Shown: positions 36,059 through 46,635, counted from the first letter of the stretch. The stretch: 64,000 bases of DNA from Rhodospirillales bacterium (GCA_020638365.1 JACKIQ010000005.1:50509-114508); one strand, 5' to 3'. Notes: generated from the sequence alone by a model not told the origin. A program made the numbers and translations.

Positions 36059-36523
36059 TTATGAAAAAGCTCTTTTATCCTGCGGCAGCTCGGCGCACTC
36101 GAACCAGAATTTCTCGACGGCCTCCACAAATTGACCATAACCAAGGGGATCATTGGGCTTGACGATATAACTGCTGGCTTGAAGATCGTAGGATTTGATA
36201 ATATCCCCCTCCGCCCTCGAACTGCTCAGAACGATAACCGGAATGCGGCGGATACGATCATGGGCCTTGATAAACTGGAGAATCTCCAGCCCGTCCCTTT
36301 TGGGCAGGTTGATATCCAGAAGGAGAAGATCAGGCGTAACCGCTTGATCGTAAGGATGATTTTTCAAAATCATATCAATCGCCATCTCTCCGTCGGAGGC
36401 GACCTTCAGATTGACCTTCCGCCCCACTTTCTCGAACGCTTTTCGTGTCAGAAAAACGTCGCCTTCGTTGTCTTCGACCAGAAGGACCTCAACCGGCCTG
36501 TCTTGTTTTCTCATAATGCTCAT
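36059..36523 (-). CDS. single-domain response regulator
   Basis: Start at the internal ATG (MSIMRKQDRPVEVLLVEDNEGD). Motifs DLLLLDINLPKRDG and SYIVKP. Overlaps the 3' end of the upstream kinase gene. Confidence 0.8.
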   Translation of the reverse strand: MSIMRKQDRPVEVLLVEDNEGDVFLTRKAFEKVGRKVNLKVASDGEMAIDMILKNHPYDQAVTPDLLLLDINLPKRDGLEILQFIKAHDRIRRIPVIVLSSSRAEGDIIKSYDLQASSYIVKPNDPLGYGQFVEAVEKFWFECAELPQDKRAFS

Positions 36524-37613
36524 CAATCTCCTGATCCGAGGAAAGTTTTTTTGGAACTGTAAAGAAAAAGGTACTCCCTTCCCCGTAAACAGACTCAACC
36601 CATATTTTTCCTCCGAAGCTCTCGACGATCTTCTTGCAGATCGCCAGCCCGATTCCCGTCCCGCCATACTCCTGCTTGTTATGAAGCCGTTTGAAGATGA
36701 TGAAAATCTGGGTGAGATATTCAGGCTTAATGCCGATTCCCTGATCGCTGACTTTAAAGAGCCAGTCCTCCTTGCGTTCTTCGGCCTCGACACTCACGAT
36801 GGGAGCCTTCCCCTTCTCGGCGTATTTTATGGCGTTGGCCACCAGATTCTCAATCAGACGGGAAAAGCGTAAGGGACTACCGTAAATACACGGCATAGCC
36901 CCGACTTGCACAACAGCACCCTTCTCCCTGATAGTCTCACCGAGATTTCTTAAAACAGCCTCAACCTGCTCAGTACTGTCGAATTCAGAAAAGCCGCTAT
37001 CATCGATATTCAGCCGCGAATATTCGAGAAGATCAAAGACCAACTCCTGCATGCGCCGCGAAGCGTCGACGATAAAACCCATATATTCACGCGCCTGCTC
37101 ATCCATTTCGGGACCGTACTCTTCTTCAAGAAGTTGCGTGAAATTGGAAACCATCCGAAGAGGCTCCTGCAAATCATGGGATGCGATATAGGCAAAGCGC
37201 TCCAATTCCTCGTTTGAGCGCATGATTTCCTCTTCCGCCTTTTTCCTCTCGGATATATCTCGCACAATCCCGCTGAAAAGGCGGTGACCGTCTACCGCAA
37301 CTTCGCTGACGGACAGGTCGATGGGAAAAACGCTGCCGTCTTTGCGCCTCCCCATCACCTCGCGTCCGATTCCGATAATTTTGCGCTTTCCGGTTCTGAT
37401 ATAATCCGCAAGATAGCCGTCATGCTCCGCCTTGTAAGGCTCCGGCATCAAAATTTTGACATTCTGCCCGATCGCCTCCTCCGCCTCGTAGCCGAAGATA
37501 TTCTCACAAGCCTTGTTATAGGTCAGGATCATTCCCTTTTCATCAATACTGATGAGTCCGTCCACTGTGCTATCCATGATGGACTGCAAAATCTCACCCT
37601 TTCCATTAAACAT
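36489..37613 (-). CDS. PAS-domain sensor histidine kinase
   Basis: 374 aa. PAS (DGLISIDEKGMILTYNKACENIFGY), H-box FAYIASHDLQEPLR, and N/G boxes (NLVANAIKY, GTGIGLAICKKIVE). Confidence 0.88.
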   Translation of the reverse strand: MFNGKGEILQSIMDSTVDGLISIDEKGMILTYNKACENIFGYEAEEAIGQNVKILMPEPYKAEHDGYLADYIRTGKRKIIGIGREVMGRRKDGSVFPIDLSVSEVAVDGHRLFSGIVRDISERKKAEEEIMRSNEELERFAYIASHDLQEPLRMVSNFTQLLEEEYGPEMDEQAREYMGFIVDASRRMQELVFDLLEYSRLNIDDSGFSEFDSTEQVEAVLRNLGETIREKGAVVQVGAMPCIYGSPLRFSRLIENLVANAIKYAEKGKAPIVSVEAEERKEDWLFKVSDQGIGIKPEYLTQIFIIFKRLHNKQEYGGTGIGLAICKKIVESFGGKIWVESVYGEGSTFFFTVPKKLSSDQEIDEHYEKTRQAG

Positions 37614-37624
37614 GAGAAGCCTCC

Positions 37625-39214
37625 TTACGCTTCTCGGTCGTCATTCAGAACGTCACGGATAAGCGCTGCCAGCTCTTCGGGCTGATAAGGCTTGTGAATA
37701 AGAGGATACCGTTCGGCAAGCTCGATATCCGGCAAGGATTCCGCCAAATACCCCGTAGCGAAAAGCAGCTTTATATCAGGACGCAAAGCCTGTATTCGCG
37801 CCGCGGCCTGCACACCGTTCATATCGCCCGGCATGGCGATATCCGTAAAAAGCAGATCAATCGGTTGCGCACTCTTCTTAACGAGATCGACAGCAGCCTT
37901 TCCTGTCTCTGCATCCAGAACGGTATACCCGAGATCCTCCAGCACGATCCGGGCAAGAAAACGGATATCGTCCTCGTCCTCAACGACTAAAACCGTCTCC
38001 GATCCCCCCTTGATCGGCCTTTCGACCTTCCCGACACTGCTATGGAGATCGTGATAAGAGGGCTCTTCGACGGTTACCGGAAGCATGATATTGAAGGTCG
38101 TCCCTTCTCCGGCAGCGGTAACGAACGAAATCGCTCCCCCCGATTGTTTGACAAAGCTGCAAACCATGCTCAGACCAAGCCCAGTGCCTTTGTTCGAATC
38201 TTTTGTTGTAAAGAACGGATTGAATATCTTGTCCTGAATATCTTCGGGTATTCCTGTGCCGGTATCGGAAATACCCAGACAAACATAGTCTCCCGGTCTG
38301 ATATCTAATACGGACCCTTTGACCTTATCGACAACAAGGTTGCTAGTCTTCAAAGTGACGATGCCGCCGTTGGGCATAGCATCACGGGCATTCACGGCCA
38401 TGTTGATAAGGACATGCTCTAGCTGCGCCGGATCAATATAGATAGGATGAATATCTTCACCAAGCTGGGTTTCAACTTCTATTAAATCCCCCAGCGTCCT
38501 CTGCAACATGACGTTAAGATCGCTGATAAGATCATTGACTTCGATAACCTGCGGCTCAAGGATTGTCTGACGCGAAAACAACATCAGCCTTTTGACCAGT
38601 TCCGCGCCGCGCCGGGTCGCCTTCTGGACGATGTGAACTTTCTCAAGACAAGCATCCTGATCGGCCTGCCCGCTCTCCAGCATGGTTTCGAGCAGGCGCG
38701 CATTACCGAATATGATCGTCAGAAGATTGTTGAAATCGTGAGCGATCCCGCCTGTAAGCTGACCGACAGCCTTCATTTTTTGCGAATGAACAAGGATGGC
38801 TTTGTCTTCGTTTCCGCGCTTCTTGAGTTCAAAAAGCTCCCGCGCCTTCGTCATGGCGATATGAAGCGTATCCGGAGTCATATTGCTTTTGACAAGGTAG
38901 TCCTGCGCCCCGTAGCGAATAGCGTCGATCACGACAGACTCGTGCCCCTGCCCGGTCAGCATAACGATCGGAAACGGTCCGATATCGCTCTCCTTGTCAT
39001 AGACTTCTTTCAGGACGCTGATTCCATCCCTGTCCGGAAGTCCGTAATCAAGAAAGACACAATCAATCGGCTCGCTCCCTTTCAGATAAACGAGAGCTTC
39101 CTGACCGCTCTCCACCTCCTGGACTCTGACATCTTCACCGGCCCTTGAGAAATACCGCCGGACAAGGGTGCGGTCCCCGGGATTGTCGTCTACAACAAGA
39201 ATATTCAAGCTCAT
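37625..39214 (-). CDS. hybrid histidine kinase (REC-HisKA-HATPase-REC)
   Basis: Start at the internal ATG (MSLNILVVDDNPGD). H-box LTGGIAHDFNNLLTII, G-box GTGLGLSMV, and a second receiver VLVVEDEDDIR..LFTDIAMPG. Confidence 0.88.
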   Translation of the reverse strand: MSLNILVVDDNPGDRTLVRRYFSRAGEDVRVQEVESGQEALVYLKGSEPIDCVFLDYGLPDRDGISVLKEVYDKESDIGPFPIVMLTGQGHESVVIDAIRYGAQDYLVKSNMTPDTLHIAMTKARELFELKKRGNEDKAILVHSQKMKAVGQLTGGIAHDFNNLLTIIFGNARLLETMLESGQADQDACLEKVHIVQKATRRGAELVKRLMLFSRQTILEPQVIEVNDLISDLNVMLQRTLGDLIEVETQLGEDIHPIYIDPAQLEHVLINMAVNARDAMPNGGIVTLKTSNLVVDKVKGSVLDIRPGDYVCLGISDTGTGIPEDIQDKIFNPFFTTKDSNKGTGLGLSMVCSFVKQSGGAISFVTAAGEGTTFNIMLPVTVEEPSYHDLHSSVGKVERPIKGGSETVLVVEDEDDIRFLARIVLEDLGYTVLDAETGKAAVDLVKKSAQPIDLLFTDIAMPGDMNGVQAAARIQALRPDIKLLFATGYLAESLPDIELAERYPLIHKPYQPEELAALIRDVLNDDREA

Positions 39215-39511
39215 CAGGAAACCTACTGAAAAAAGCACAAAAGATAAATGCAACCAATGATTTCATTACTAACGGGAAACGCTTAGCAATAGCTGGATAT
39301 AGTGTACCAAAACTATGAAAAAAGCATTAGATAAAGATAACAGAACACAAGCGTATGCGCTTTATTACTTAAAGCACACCTCCACGCTCAGAAAAAGAAA
39401 AGAGACACAACTTAAAATATATACAAGAAGGGCGCTAACGCCTCAGGAAAACAGGAATTGATCCGAGAGCTATCCGTCAAGGAAATCTCAAAACCCTTCA
39501 CCCGAAGCTTC

Positions 39512-40708
39512 TCAGGCGGCCAGTCTCTCTTGCGGCCTTTTTCGAAAGCGGCGTTTGCCGGACTTTCGGGACTTTTTGCTGTTTCCGGGCTTTCCTTTTG
39601 GTCCGTCCACACGGCCTGAATCCGCGCCTGGATTGAGCAACCGTTCTATTGCATGCCATTTGCGCCCGTCCTGGCTGGACACAAAACTGATGGCAGAGCC
39701 TTGCGCTCCCGCTCTGGCTGTTCGTCCCATGCGGTGAATAAAGTCCTCCGCGACTTGCGGAAGATCGTAGTTAATGACGTGCTCTATATGCGGCACATCA
39801 AGACCGCGGGCGGCAAGATCCGTAGCGATAAGCACGCGGAAATTTTTCTTTCTGAAATTCTGCATGACCTTGTCGCGCCTGTTCTGGCGCAGATCGCCAT
39901 GAAGGGCTTCAGAGACAAAACCGTCCCGGCGTAAATTCTTGGCCATTCTGTCCGCACCGTATTTGGTTTTAACAAAGACGATCACCGAGCCGTCGCGCTC
40001 GTGAAGTTGCGACATTAACTCGCCGTACTTTTTGTCCTGCTCGATGCGGACGACATCCTGCTTGATATTCTTCGCCACCACGTTTGTCTCGCCTATCGAA
40101 ACACGCCGCGGAGCATTCATGTATTTTTCCGAAAGCTTAAGAATGTTTTTCGGAAGCGTCGCCGAGAACATCAATGTCTGCCGTTTTTCCGGCAGGTATT
40201 TGAAGATTCTCTCAAGCTGGACTGCAAACCCCATATCCAGCATCCGGTCGGTTTCGTCCAGCACAAGGAAATGCGTATCATGCAAAACCATGGAGCCTCG
40301 TTGCAGATGGTCGTTGATCCGACCCGGCGTACCGACGATAAGACGTGGGCGGGCACGAAGCTGGGCAAGCTGTTTGCCCATGGATTCGCCGCCGATGATA
40401 AAAGCTGTTTTAATGGGACTTTTCGGCCCTAAAAGCTGCTGCATGATATCCATGATCTGCTTTCCAAGCTCCCGCGTCGGCGTCAAAACAAGTGCGGAAC
40501 CGCGCGGATCGGTCAACAGCTTTTCCACCAGAGGAACGGCAAAAGCGGCCGTCTTGCCGGTTCCGGTCTGGGCGCTGCCCATAATGTCATGGCCCTCAAG
40601 AGCAAGCGGAATGGCCTGCGCCTGTATGGGCGTCGGAGTTGTATAGTTCATGCGCGCCAGAGATTTGGCCAGCACAGGAGACAGGCCGAAGCCCTCAAAA
40701 TGTTTCAT
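39512..40708 (-). CDS. rhlE: DEAD-box ATP-dependent RNA helicase (RhlE-like)
   Basis: 398 aa. Q-motif TPTPIQ, AQTGTGKTAAF, VLDETDRML (DEAD-box position), SAT and HRMGRTARAG. Basic C-terminal tail. Confidence 0.88.
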   Translation of the reverse strand: MKHFEGFGLSPVLAKSLARMNYTTPTPIQAQAIPLALEGHDIMGSAQTGTGKTAAFAVPLVEKLLTDPRGSALVLTPTRELGKQIMDIMQQLLGPKSPIKTAFIIGGESMGKQLAQLRARPRLIVGTPGRINDHLQRGSMVLHDTHFLVLDETDRMLDMGFAVQLERIFKYLPEKRQTLMFSATLPKNILKLSEKYMNAPRRVSIGETNVVAKNIKQDVVRIEQDKKYGELMSQLHERDGSVIVFVKTKYGADRMAKNLRRDGFVSEALHGDLRQNRRDKVMQNFRKKNFRVLIATDLAARGLDVPHIEHVINYDLPQVAEDFIHRMGRTARAGAQGSAISFVSSQDGRKWHAIERLLNPGADSGRVDGPKGKPGNSKKSRKSGKRRFRKRPQERLAA

Positions 40709-40730
40709 ATTTTATGTCTTTCTTTACCCG

Positions 40731-40761
40731 TAAAAAACTCGGCGCGAAACTATGCGCGCCG
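40731..40761 (-). terminator. rho-independent terminator of cspA
   Basis: Reverse strand reads CGGCGCG-loop-CGCGCCG (7 GC pairs) followed by AGTTTTTTA. Confidence 0.75.
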
Positions 40762-40789
40762 AAGGGCCAATTTATCAAGGATAAGGCGA

Positions 40790-41005
40790 TTAAGCCGCGT
40801 CCTTCAGATTGGTCGCGCTTTTCTTGCGGCTCTTCGGATCGTCCTGAATCTCGAAGCTGATCTTCTGGCCTTCACGCAATGTCCTCATGCCCGCGCGCTG
40901 AACGGCGCTTTTGTGAACAAAGACGTCTTCCCCGCCGTTATCGGGCTGGATAAAGCCGAAACCTTTTTGATCGTTGAACCATTTTACTGTACCTGTAGTC
41001 GTCAT
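40790..41005 (-). CDS. cspA: cold-shock protein (CspA family)
   Basis: Internal ATG gives [31 protein letters not shown] (RNP1/RNP2 motifs). About 260 nt of untranslated sequence lies upstream. Confidence 0.92.
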   Translation of the reverse strand: MTTTGTVKWFNDQKGFGFIQPDNGGEDVFVHKSAVQRAGMRTLREGQKISFEIQDDPKSRKKSATNLKDAA

Positions 41006-41268
41006 TTTTTCCATCCAAACTATGTTATGGTTTATCTGTGCGCCGCGCACTATGCGAGGACGCTGCAAAAGCCTGAAAAAGGCATCGACCTATAACTTTG
41101 AACTTTGTGGAAAAAAGTGAGGTTTTGAGTGTCACCTATCCGCATAAATGCGGACATTTTTATTTTCTGTAAGCCCGAATTTCATAGAGAGCATTTGTCA
41201 AACTGCACGGGACTAGTGACAGATTTTTTAAACCCTGTCAAACTTTTAATCTTTACAGCGGGATAAAA

Positions 41269-41343
<75 letters not shown>

Positions 41344-41553
41344 ACAGCAGAGAGGGACTATATGCCTTTACCGTTCCGAATTGTCAAGCATTGTGCGTGT
41401 TTGTGCATTTTGTCCGGAAATTTTTTCCGGGGCATGGCTCCACAGCCAGGTTCTCTAACCTGTTGTAGTGATATGAAAATATTTTTTTTTGCATTCGCAA
41501 CACCGCGTCATTTATGCTTGTAGGGATAATTCAAGCTGTAAAAACGGGGTGAT

Positions 41554-42192
41554 ATGGCAACGGATCCGAATGAAAAAATCGAGGGCTTGGAGCGTCCAAA
41601 TACGCCACCCATGCCTTTACCCGGCACAGGCACAGATTTAGGCGGCGCTGACCGACAACCGGCCCATGTCGTAAAACTGTATATGAGTCAGTGCGTCGAG
41701 GGCGGATGGGTTCAGGATACTGCGGACGGACGAACGATAGATGTCGATACGACCTTTCAGTACGTCGTAAATCTCGAATTTGAAAGCCCCGAGAAAGCCA
41801 AGGCTTTCATGGCGCGCGACGACATTGACCAGATTAGCGGCACGATGGCAAAGACCATGGAATCCATGGCGCAGGAAACCCTTGGCCTCGAAATACAGCG
41901 CGACTTCCTGCCGGAATCTTACCCCGACGGACAGATTCCAAAAGACGTTCATAACGGCTTTACGCCCAACACCATCATGGACATGAACATCGTGGCCACG
42001 GATTTCATAGGAGTGATGAGGGCGACCTACCCGGATTTGGGACTGACCGGCGCCACCGTAGACGAAGGCAGCGTGAACCAGCTTCCCGGGTGTTACTTTG
42101 GAATACCTGAAGATAAAGCCGCCATCCCTGCTTCCCCGGAAGAAACTGCAAACGCCGGACTGTTCAGGAACAGCAACAGCTTGAACCTCTGA
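41554..42192 (+). CDS. hypothetical protein
   Basis: 212-aa ORF with GGGG upstream of the ATG. No motif recognised. Confidence 0.5.
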   Translation: MATDPNEKIEGLERPNTPPMPLPGTGTDLGGADRQPAHVVKLYMSQCVEGGWVQDTADGRTIDVDTTFQYVVNLEFESPEKAKAFMARDDIDQISGTMAKTMESMAQETLGLEIQRDFLPESYPDGQIPKDVHNGFTPNTIMDMNIVATDFIGVMRATYPDLGLTGATVDEGSVNQLPGCYFGIPEDKAAIPASPEETANAGLFRNSNSLNL

Positions 42193-42225
42193 AAAAACGG
42201 CGGTTCTATAACTACGTCAATAACC

Positions 42226-42924
42226 TTACCAGCGGCAACTCCGCCCGATCCGAAGATATTCCTGCGCTGTGTCCACCTTTGCTTGCTGGAGGTCGATTTC
42301 CTGTTCCGTAGCCTTAAAGGTCCGGTTAAGCGCAGCGCTCATATATTCTTTGAGAAGCTCTTTCTTGCCTTGTGAATCGTTGTAATGGTAAGGCCCCCAC
42401 CCCTGCTGTTTTCCAAAAAGGGCAAGTCCCTGCCGAGCAGCCGCCTCGAACCGGGAGATATTCTTCTTCACCCCGTCGCGGTTGATCTTCACGTGGCGCA
42501 TTTCGTGATCCATAAGGGTTTTGAACTGGCATTTGCTCCGCGTGCTGCTTTTGCCGAGAAAAATCGTCTGTTCCAGCGCCAGATCGACAATGATGCTCTC
42601 GGGCACGAGGCACACATTCCCGCTGATGCTCTTCATTTTCTCTGTGAACTGCATCCCGAATTTCATTTCCAGCGCGAACTCCGTCACCCCGAGCGCTTGC
42701 AGGTAGGGACTTGCCTGAAGGCTTTTATGTGCGTTCCGGAATTTCTGCGTGATCTGTGAATAGGACAATTCCGTATTCAGGGTGGGATCGGGCATGCTCA
42801 TCTGGACGGAAATAGGAACCCGGCTGGCCTCCGCCATACAGTCCACAGCGTCCATCTCCTGAAAACGGTAGAGATAGATAACCGCCAGCACGATCAGCAA
42901 TACATTCAGAATCCAGTTGAACAT
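42226..42924 (-). CDS. membrane-anchored hypothetical protein with HExxH (possibly DUF922-like zinc peptidase)
   Basis: 232 aa. N-terminal TM helix (MFNWILNVLLIVLAVIYLY) and a LMDHEMRHVKI motif. Confidence 0.45.
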   Translation of the reverse strand: MFNWILNVLLIVLAVIYLYRFQEMDAVDCMAEASRVPISVQMSMPDPTLNTELSYSQITQKFRNAHKSLQASPYLQALGVTEFALEMKFGMQFTEKMKSISGNVCLVPESIIVDLALEQTIFLGKSSTRSKCQFKTLMDHEMRHVKINRDGVKKNISRFEAAARQGLALFGKQQGWGPYHYNDSQGKKELLKEYMSAALNRTFKATEQEIDLQQAKVDTAQEYLRIGRSCRW

Positions 42925-42970
42925 TAAGAAGACCTGTTGATTATACCCCCTGTTCCATTATAAATCTTGC

Positions 42971-43903
42971 ATGGCTTCAGGATCAAAAAAAGTAATTATT
43001 GCCGCTCTGATCGGAAATTCGCTCATAGCGGTCACGAAATTCATGGCTGCGGCCTTCACGGGCAGCTCTGCCATGATTTCGGAAGGAATCCACTCTCTTG
43101 TGGATGTCGGTAATCAGGTTCTCCTCCTTTTTGGCCTCAAACAGGCAAAAAAACCGGCTGACGAACGCTTTCCGTTCGGGCACGGCAAGGAAATCTACTT
43201 CTGGAGTTTCGTGGTCGCCCTCCTCCTTTTCGCCCTTGGATCCGGCCTGTCGATATACGAAGGCTTAGAACATATCAAACACCCCGGAGAAATCACCGCC
43301 CCTATTGTGAACTTTGTCGTACTGGGCGCCGCAATCCTGTTCGAAGCCGGCTCCTGCTACGTGGCCATAGTGGAATTTAACAAGAGCCGGGGAAAGGCTT
43401 CCTTCATAAAGGCCGTAAGGCAAGGGAAAGACCCGGCCCTGTTCGTGGTTCTGTTCGAGGATATTGCGGCCATGTCCGGTCTTCTCGTCGCTCTTATTGG
43501 CCTGACTCTGGCCCTGGTGACCGGCAACCCGTTCTGGGACGGCGTCGCATCCGTGGGAATCGGCCTTGTTCTGGGCCTGACCGCGGTCTTTCTGGCCTAT
43601 GAGACCAAGGGTCTCCTGATCGGAGAAGCCGCAAACCCCGAAATTGTCCGCGACGTCCGCGAGAAAATATCGGCCCTGCCCGAAGTGACCGGCGTAAACG
43701 AAGTTCTCACCCTCCACATGGGACCGGACTTTATCCTCGTGACAATCAGCGCGGATTTCGAGAACAACCTCCCTGTGGGGCAGATAGAAAAAGTCATTCA
43801 GAAGATAGACCAGCAGATCAAGCAGGACCACCCTCTGGTCAAACGGGTCTTTATCGAGGCCGAAGCCGCCTCAACGCAAGCCGCTCGCACAGGCGAGAAC
43901 TGA
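42971..43903 (+). CDS. cation diffusion facilitator family transporter
   Basis: 310 aa. Motifs GNSLIAVTKFMAAAFTGSSAMISEGIHSLVDVGNQ and RFPFGHGKEIYFWSF, with a C-terminal cytoplasmic domain. Confidence 0.88.
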   Translation: MASGSKKVIIAALIGNSLIAVTKFMAAAFTGSSAMISEGIHSLVDVGNQVLLLFGLKQAKKPADERFPFGHGKEIYFWSFVVALLLFALGSGLSIYEGLEHIKHPGEITAPIVNFVVLGAAILFEAGSCYVAIVEFNKSRGKASFIKAVRQGKDPALFVVLFEDIAAMSGLLVALIGLTLALVTGNPFWDGVASVGIGLVLGLTAVFLAYETKGLLIGEAANPEIVRDVREKISALPEVTGVNEVLTLHMGPDFILVTISADFENNLPVGQIEKVIQKIDQQIKQDHPLVKRVFIEAEAASTQAARTGEN

Positions 43904-44166
43904 AATAAAAAAACTCGAAAATATTTTTCATAAAATTTCACGCAAAGGCTGCCGGATTGTCAGCTAAAAGTCGTAACGCACTGTTTTTAAAGAATTTTTT
44001 TAAGAGGAAAAGATAAAATTTTAGGCTTTTTTTATCTAATCCTTAGAGGTCTTTAAGCTTTGATATAATAAAATGGAAAGAGATCAGGCCCGCTCATAAA
44101 GGGACGCGCCCGATAAAAACAAAGAAGAACAGTAAGCACGGACAAGCACAGTAAAAGGGGCAGAAA

Positions 44167-46605
44167 ATGGCCTACACAGCGACCGAAAATCTCGACATAA
44201 CGTCCGCTCAGCAGGACTCCGGAACCCTTGTTCTCCAGGTTGACGGCCCTCGCCTCGAACTGCCCGACGCGACATTCGTCAAGGATGCGGAACTCGCGCG
44301 CGACGGACAGGATCTGGTCATCGAAGGCCCCCACGGTACGGTCATCGTCGAATCCTATTTTGCTCAGACGCACCCCCCGCTGCTATCGGCCCCGGACGGA
44401 ACGGCCCTCACCCCCGATCTGGTCAGTTCTTTTATCAAAAACGCGGCGCAATACGCCGACGTGACCCCGGCCAGCGTTTCTGACGTCAGTCCGGTCGGCG
44501 CAGTTCAGGAAATCAGCGGCGAAGCCACTGTCACCCGTGCGAACGGAAAAGTCGAAATTCTAGGAGTCGGAAGCCCCATCTATCAGGGAGATATTATCGA
44601 AACAAGCGAAGACGGGGCGGTCAATATCGTCTTTGTCGACGAAAGCACGTTTGCGGTGGCCAACGACGCGCGCATGGCCATCGACGAATATGTCTTTGAC
44701 CCGAAAACCAACGGCGGAGTGTCCAATTTCTCGGTCCTGAAGGGCGTATTCGTCTTCACGTCCGGCCTGATCGGACGCGACGACCCGGATGACGTAGAGA
44801 TTTCAACTCCCTCCGGCTCCATAGGGATCCGCGGAACGATTATCGCCGGCAACGTCGATACGGGAGAAATCACGGTGATCGAGGGTGCCATCGTTCTGAC
44901 AAATCATCAGGGGCAGACCCTGACACTCTCGGCCGAATTCGAAACGGCGATCTTCAACGCCAGGGAAGGAACGATCGAACTGGTCGGCCAGCTCTCCGCT
45001 CATGATGTCGGCGACCGTTACGAAAGCGTAGCCGACGTCGCAACCCAGCTCTTCTCGACGATCAGGGAAGAAGCCGGGGATAAGGGAGAAACCGAAGGCG
45101 ACAAGGAATCTTCTCTCGACGACCAGATGCTCAGCGACGACATCCTTCAAACCGCCGATGACGGCGCGGACGGCGACCTGACGACCCAGCTTGTCTCAAA
45201 CGCCTTTGAAGACCGCCCTCTGGCCGAGGTAATCAAGAACATCCTGACAAGCAACTCGGGCAATGAAGCCCCGACGACCCCGGCCATTGCGGTACAGGTC
45301 GAAAAATTCGCCTTCGCGGAAAACGACGCCTCCGGCGCGCCTGTCGCCCGCCTGACCGCGCAGTTCGTCGATTTTGCAAACATTAACCTGTTCGGCCCCT
45401 CGAACAACTTCTTCGATATTGTCCGTGAAAGCGACACGAGCTTTCTTGTCTCCCTCAAACCCGGCGTATCTATGGATTATGAGGACCCGTTCAACCTTCT
45501 CTACGTCGCCTACGACCTGAACGGCCATATCATCGCGGATTTCAGCCGCCCGGACGTCACGAACGTTATTGAACCCGTGACCCTGACCGGAGCCGAACCC
45601 AACAATATCGGGACCAGCAACTTCTTCTCCGGCTCCAACGGGAATACGTGGATTTATGATTTCAGCAACGAATTCGACGATCCCGAAGGCGAAATCTCTT
45701 ACTACACGGTCACCGCATCCCCGAGCGGACCCGGAATCGGAAGTTTTAACTGCGGCACGGACGGTGTCATGACGATCGGGTTGGACGGCACCGTGGACGG
45801 CAGTAATTACAACATCACCGTCAACGCGGTCAACGCCGGCGACTTCACCGTCAACAGTGTGACCATAACCTTTGACACGGTGCAGCAGGATAACATCACC
45901 GGAATCATGGCCACAGGCGGCGAAACCTTCAGTTCGTCCGGAGTGACAGCAGATACCGTAATCATAAGCTCGGATAACAACTACGCATTCACCGATTTTG
46001 GAAACGACACGATCAATATCAACGGAAACAGCAACAAGATCATGGCCGGAAACGGCAACGACACCATCAACCTCACCTCCGGCCTGAACAACTTCATCCA
46101 CGGCGGCGCGGGCGGAGATAACTTCAACCTCGACGTCACGACAAATACCAAGGTCTACGGCGGAGAGGACAGCGATGTGTTCCATCTCAACACGGCGGCA
46201 GCCGTATCGGGCCTGAACCCCGGCACAATCATTGACGGCGGCAACGACAACCTGTCCGGCTCCAACCCCGGCGACGTTCTGCGGCTCGACGCGGCGGCCG
46301 GAAACATTGATTTCACGGGAATCAACGACACGATCATCAGGAATATCGAAACGGTTAAAACCGATAACGGCGTAGCCAACACCATCACCCTGAACTACAC
46401 CGACGTCATCGCCATGACCGACGAGAATAACCGCCTGTTTATCAACACGGACGGCAACGACACGGTGACCTTCGTCAACGGGTCCGGCAACACCTTTTAT
46501 AACTACGGCACCTACGACAATAACGGCGAAACCTATCAGGTCTACACGGACGGAGCCATAACCGTTCTGGTCGACACGCAGGCCGCGACCGTCACAGGCT
46601 TCTAA
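44167..46605 (+). CDS. large secreted repeat protein, probable type I secretion substrate
   Basis: 812 aa with no signal peptide. FecR-like module (GEATVTRANGKVEILGVGSPIYQGDIIETSEDGAVNIVFVDESTF). Gly/Asn/Asp repeats (GNDTININGN, GGAGGDNF, GGEDSDVF) near the C-terminus. Confidence 0.65.
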   Translation: MAYTATENLDITSAQQDSGTLVLQVDGPRLELPDATFVKDAELARDGQDLVIEGPHGTVIVESYFAQTHPPLLSAPDGTALTPDLVSSFIKNAAQYADVTPASVSDVSPVGAVQEISGEATVTRANGKVEILGVGSPIYQGDIIETSEDGAVNIVFVDESTFAVANDARMAIDEYVFDPKTNGGVSNFSVLKGVFVFTSGLIGRDDPDDVEISTPSGSIGIRGTIIAGNVDTGEITVIEGAIVLTNHQGQTLTLSAEFETAIFNAREGTIELVGQLSAHDVGDRYESVADVATQLFSTIREEAGDKGETEGDKESSLDDQMLSDDILQTADDGADGDLTTQLVSNAFEDRPLAEVIKNILTSNSGNEAPTTPAIAVQVEKFAFAENDASGAPVARLTAQFVDFANINLFGPSNNFFDIVRESDTSFLVSLKPGVSMDYEDPFNLLYVAYDLNGHIIADFSRPDVTNVIEPVTLTGAEPNNIGTSNFFSGSNGNTWIYDFSNEFDDPEGEISYYTVTASPSGPGIGSFNCGTDGVMTIGLDGTVDGSNYNITVNAVNAGDFTVNSVTITFDTVQQDNITGIMATGGETFSSSGVTADTVIISSDNNYAFTDFGNDTININGNSNKIMAGNGNDTINLTSGLNNFIHGGAGGDNFNLDVTTNTKVYGGEDSDVFHLNTAAAVSGLNPGTIIDGGNDNLSGSNPGDVLRLDAAAGNIDFTGINDTIIRNIETVKTDNGVANTITLNYTDVIAMTDENNRLFINTDGNDTVTFVNGSGNTFYNYGTYDNNGETYQVYTDGAITVLVDTQAATVTGF

Positions 46606-46635
46606 ATCAAAGAAAACCGCAGGAACAAAGCCAGC

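Noticed and set aside
36059-36793. Full 244-aa version of the response-regulator ORF
   Set aside because: The first 90 codons overlap the 3' part of the histidine-kinase gene in another frame and are Ser/Arg-rich. The receiver domain begins right after the internal ATG at 36523/36514.
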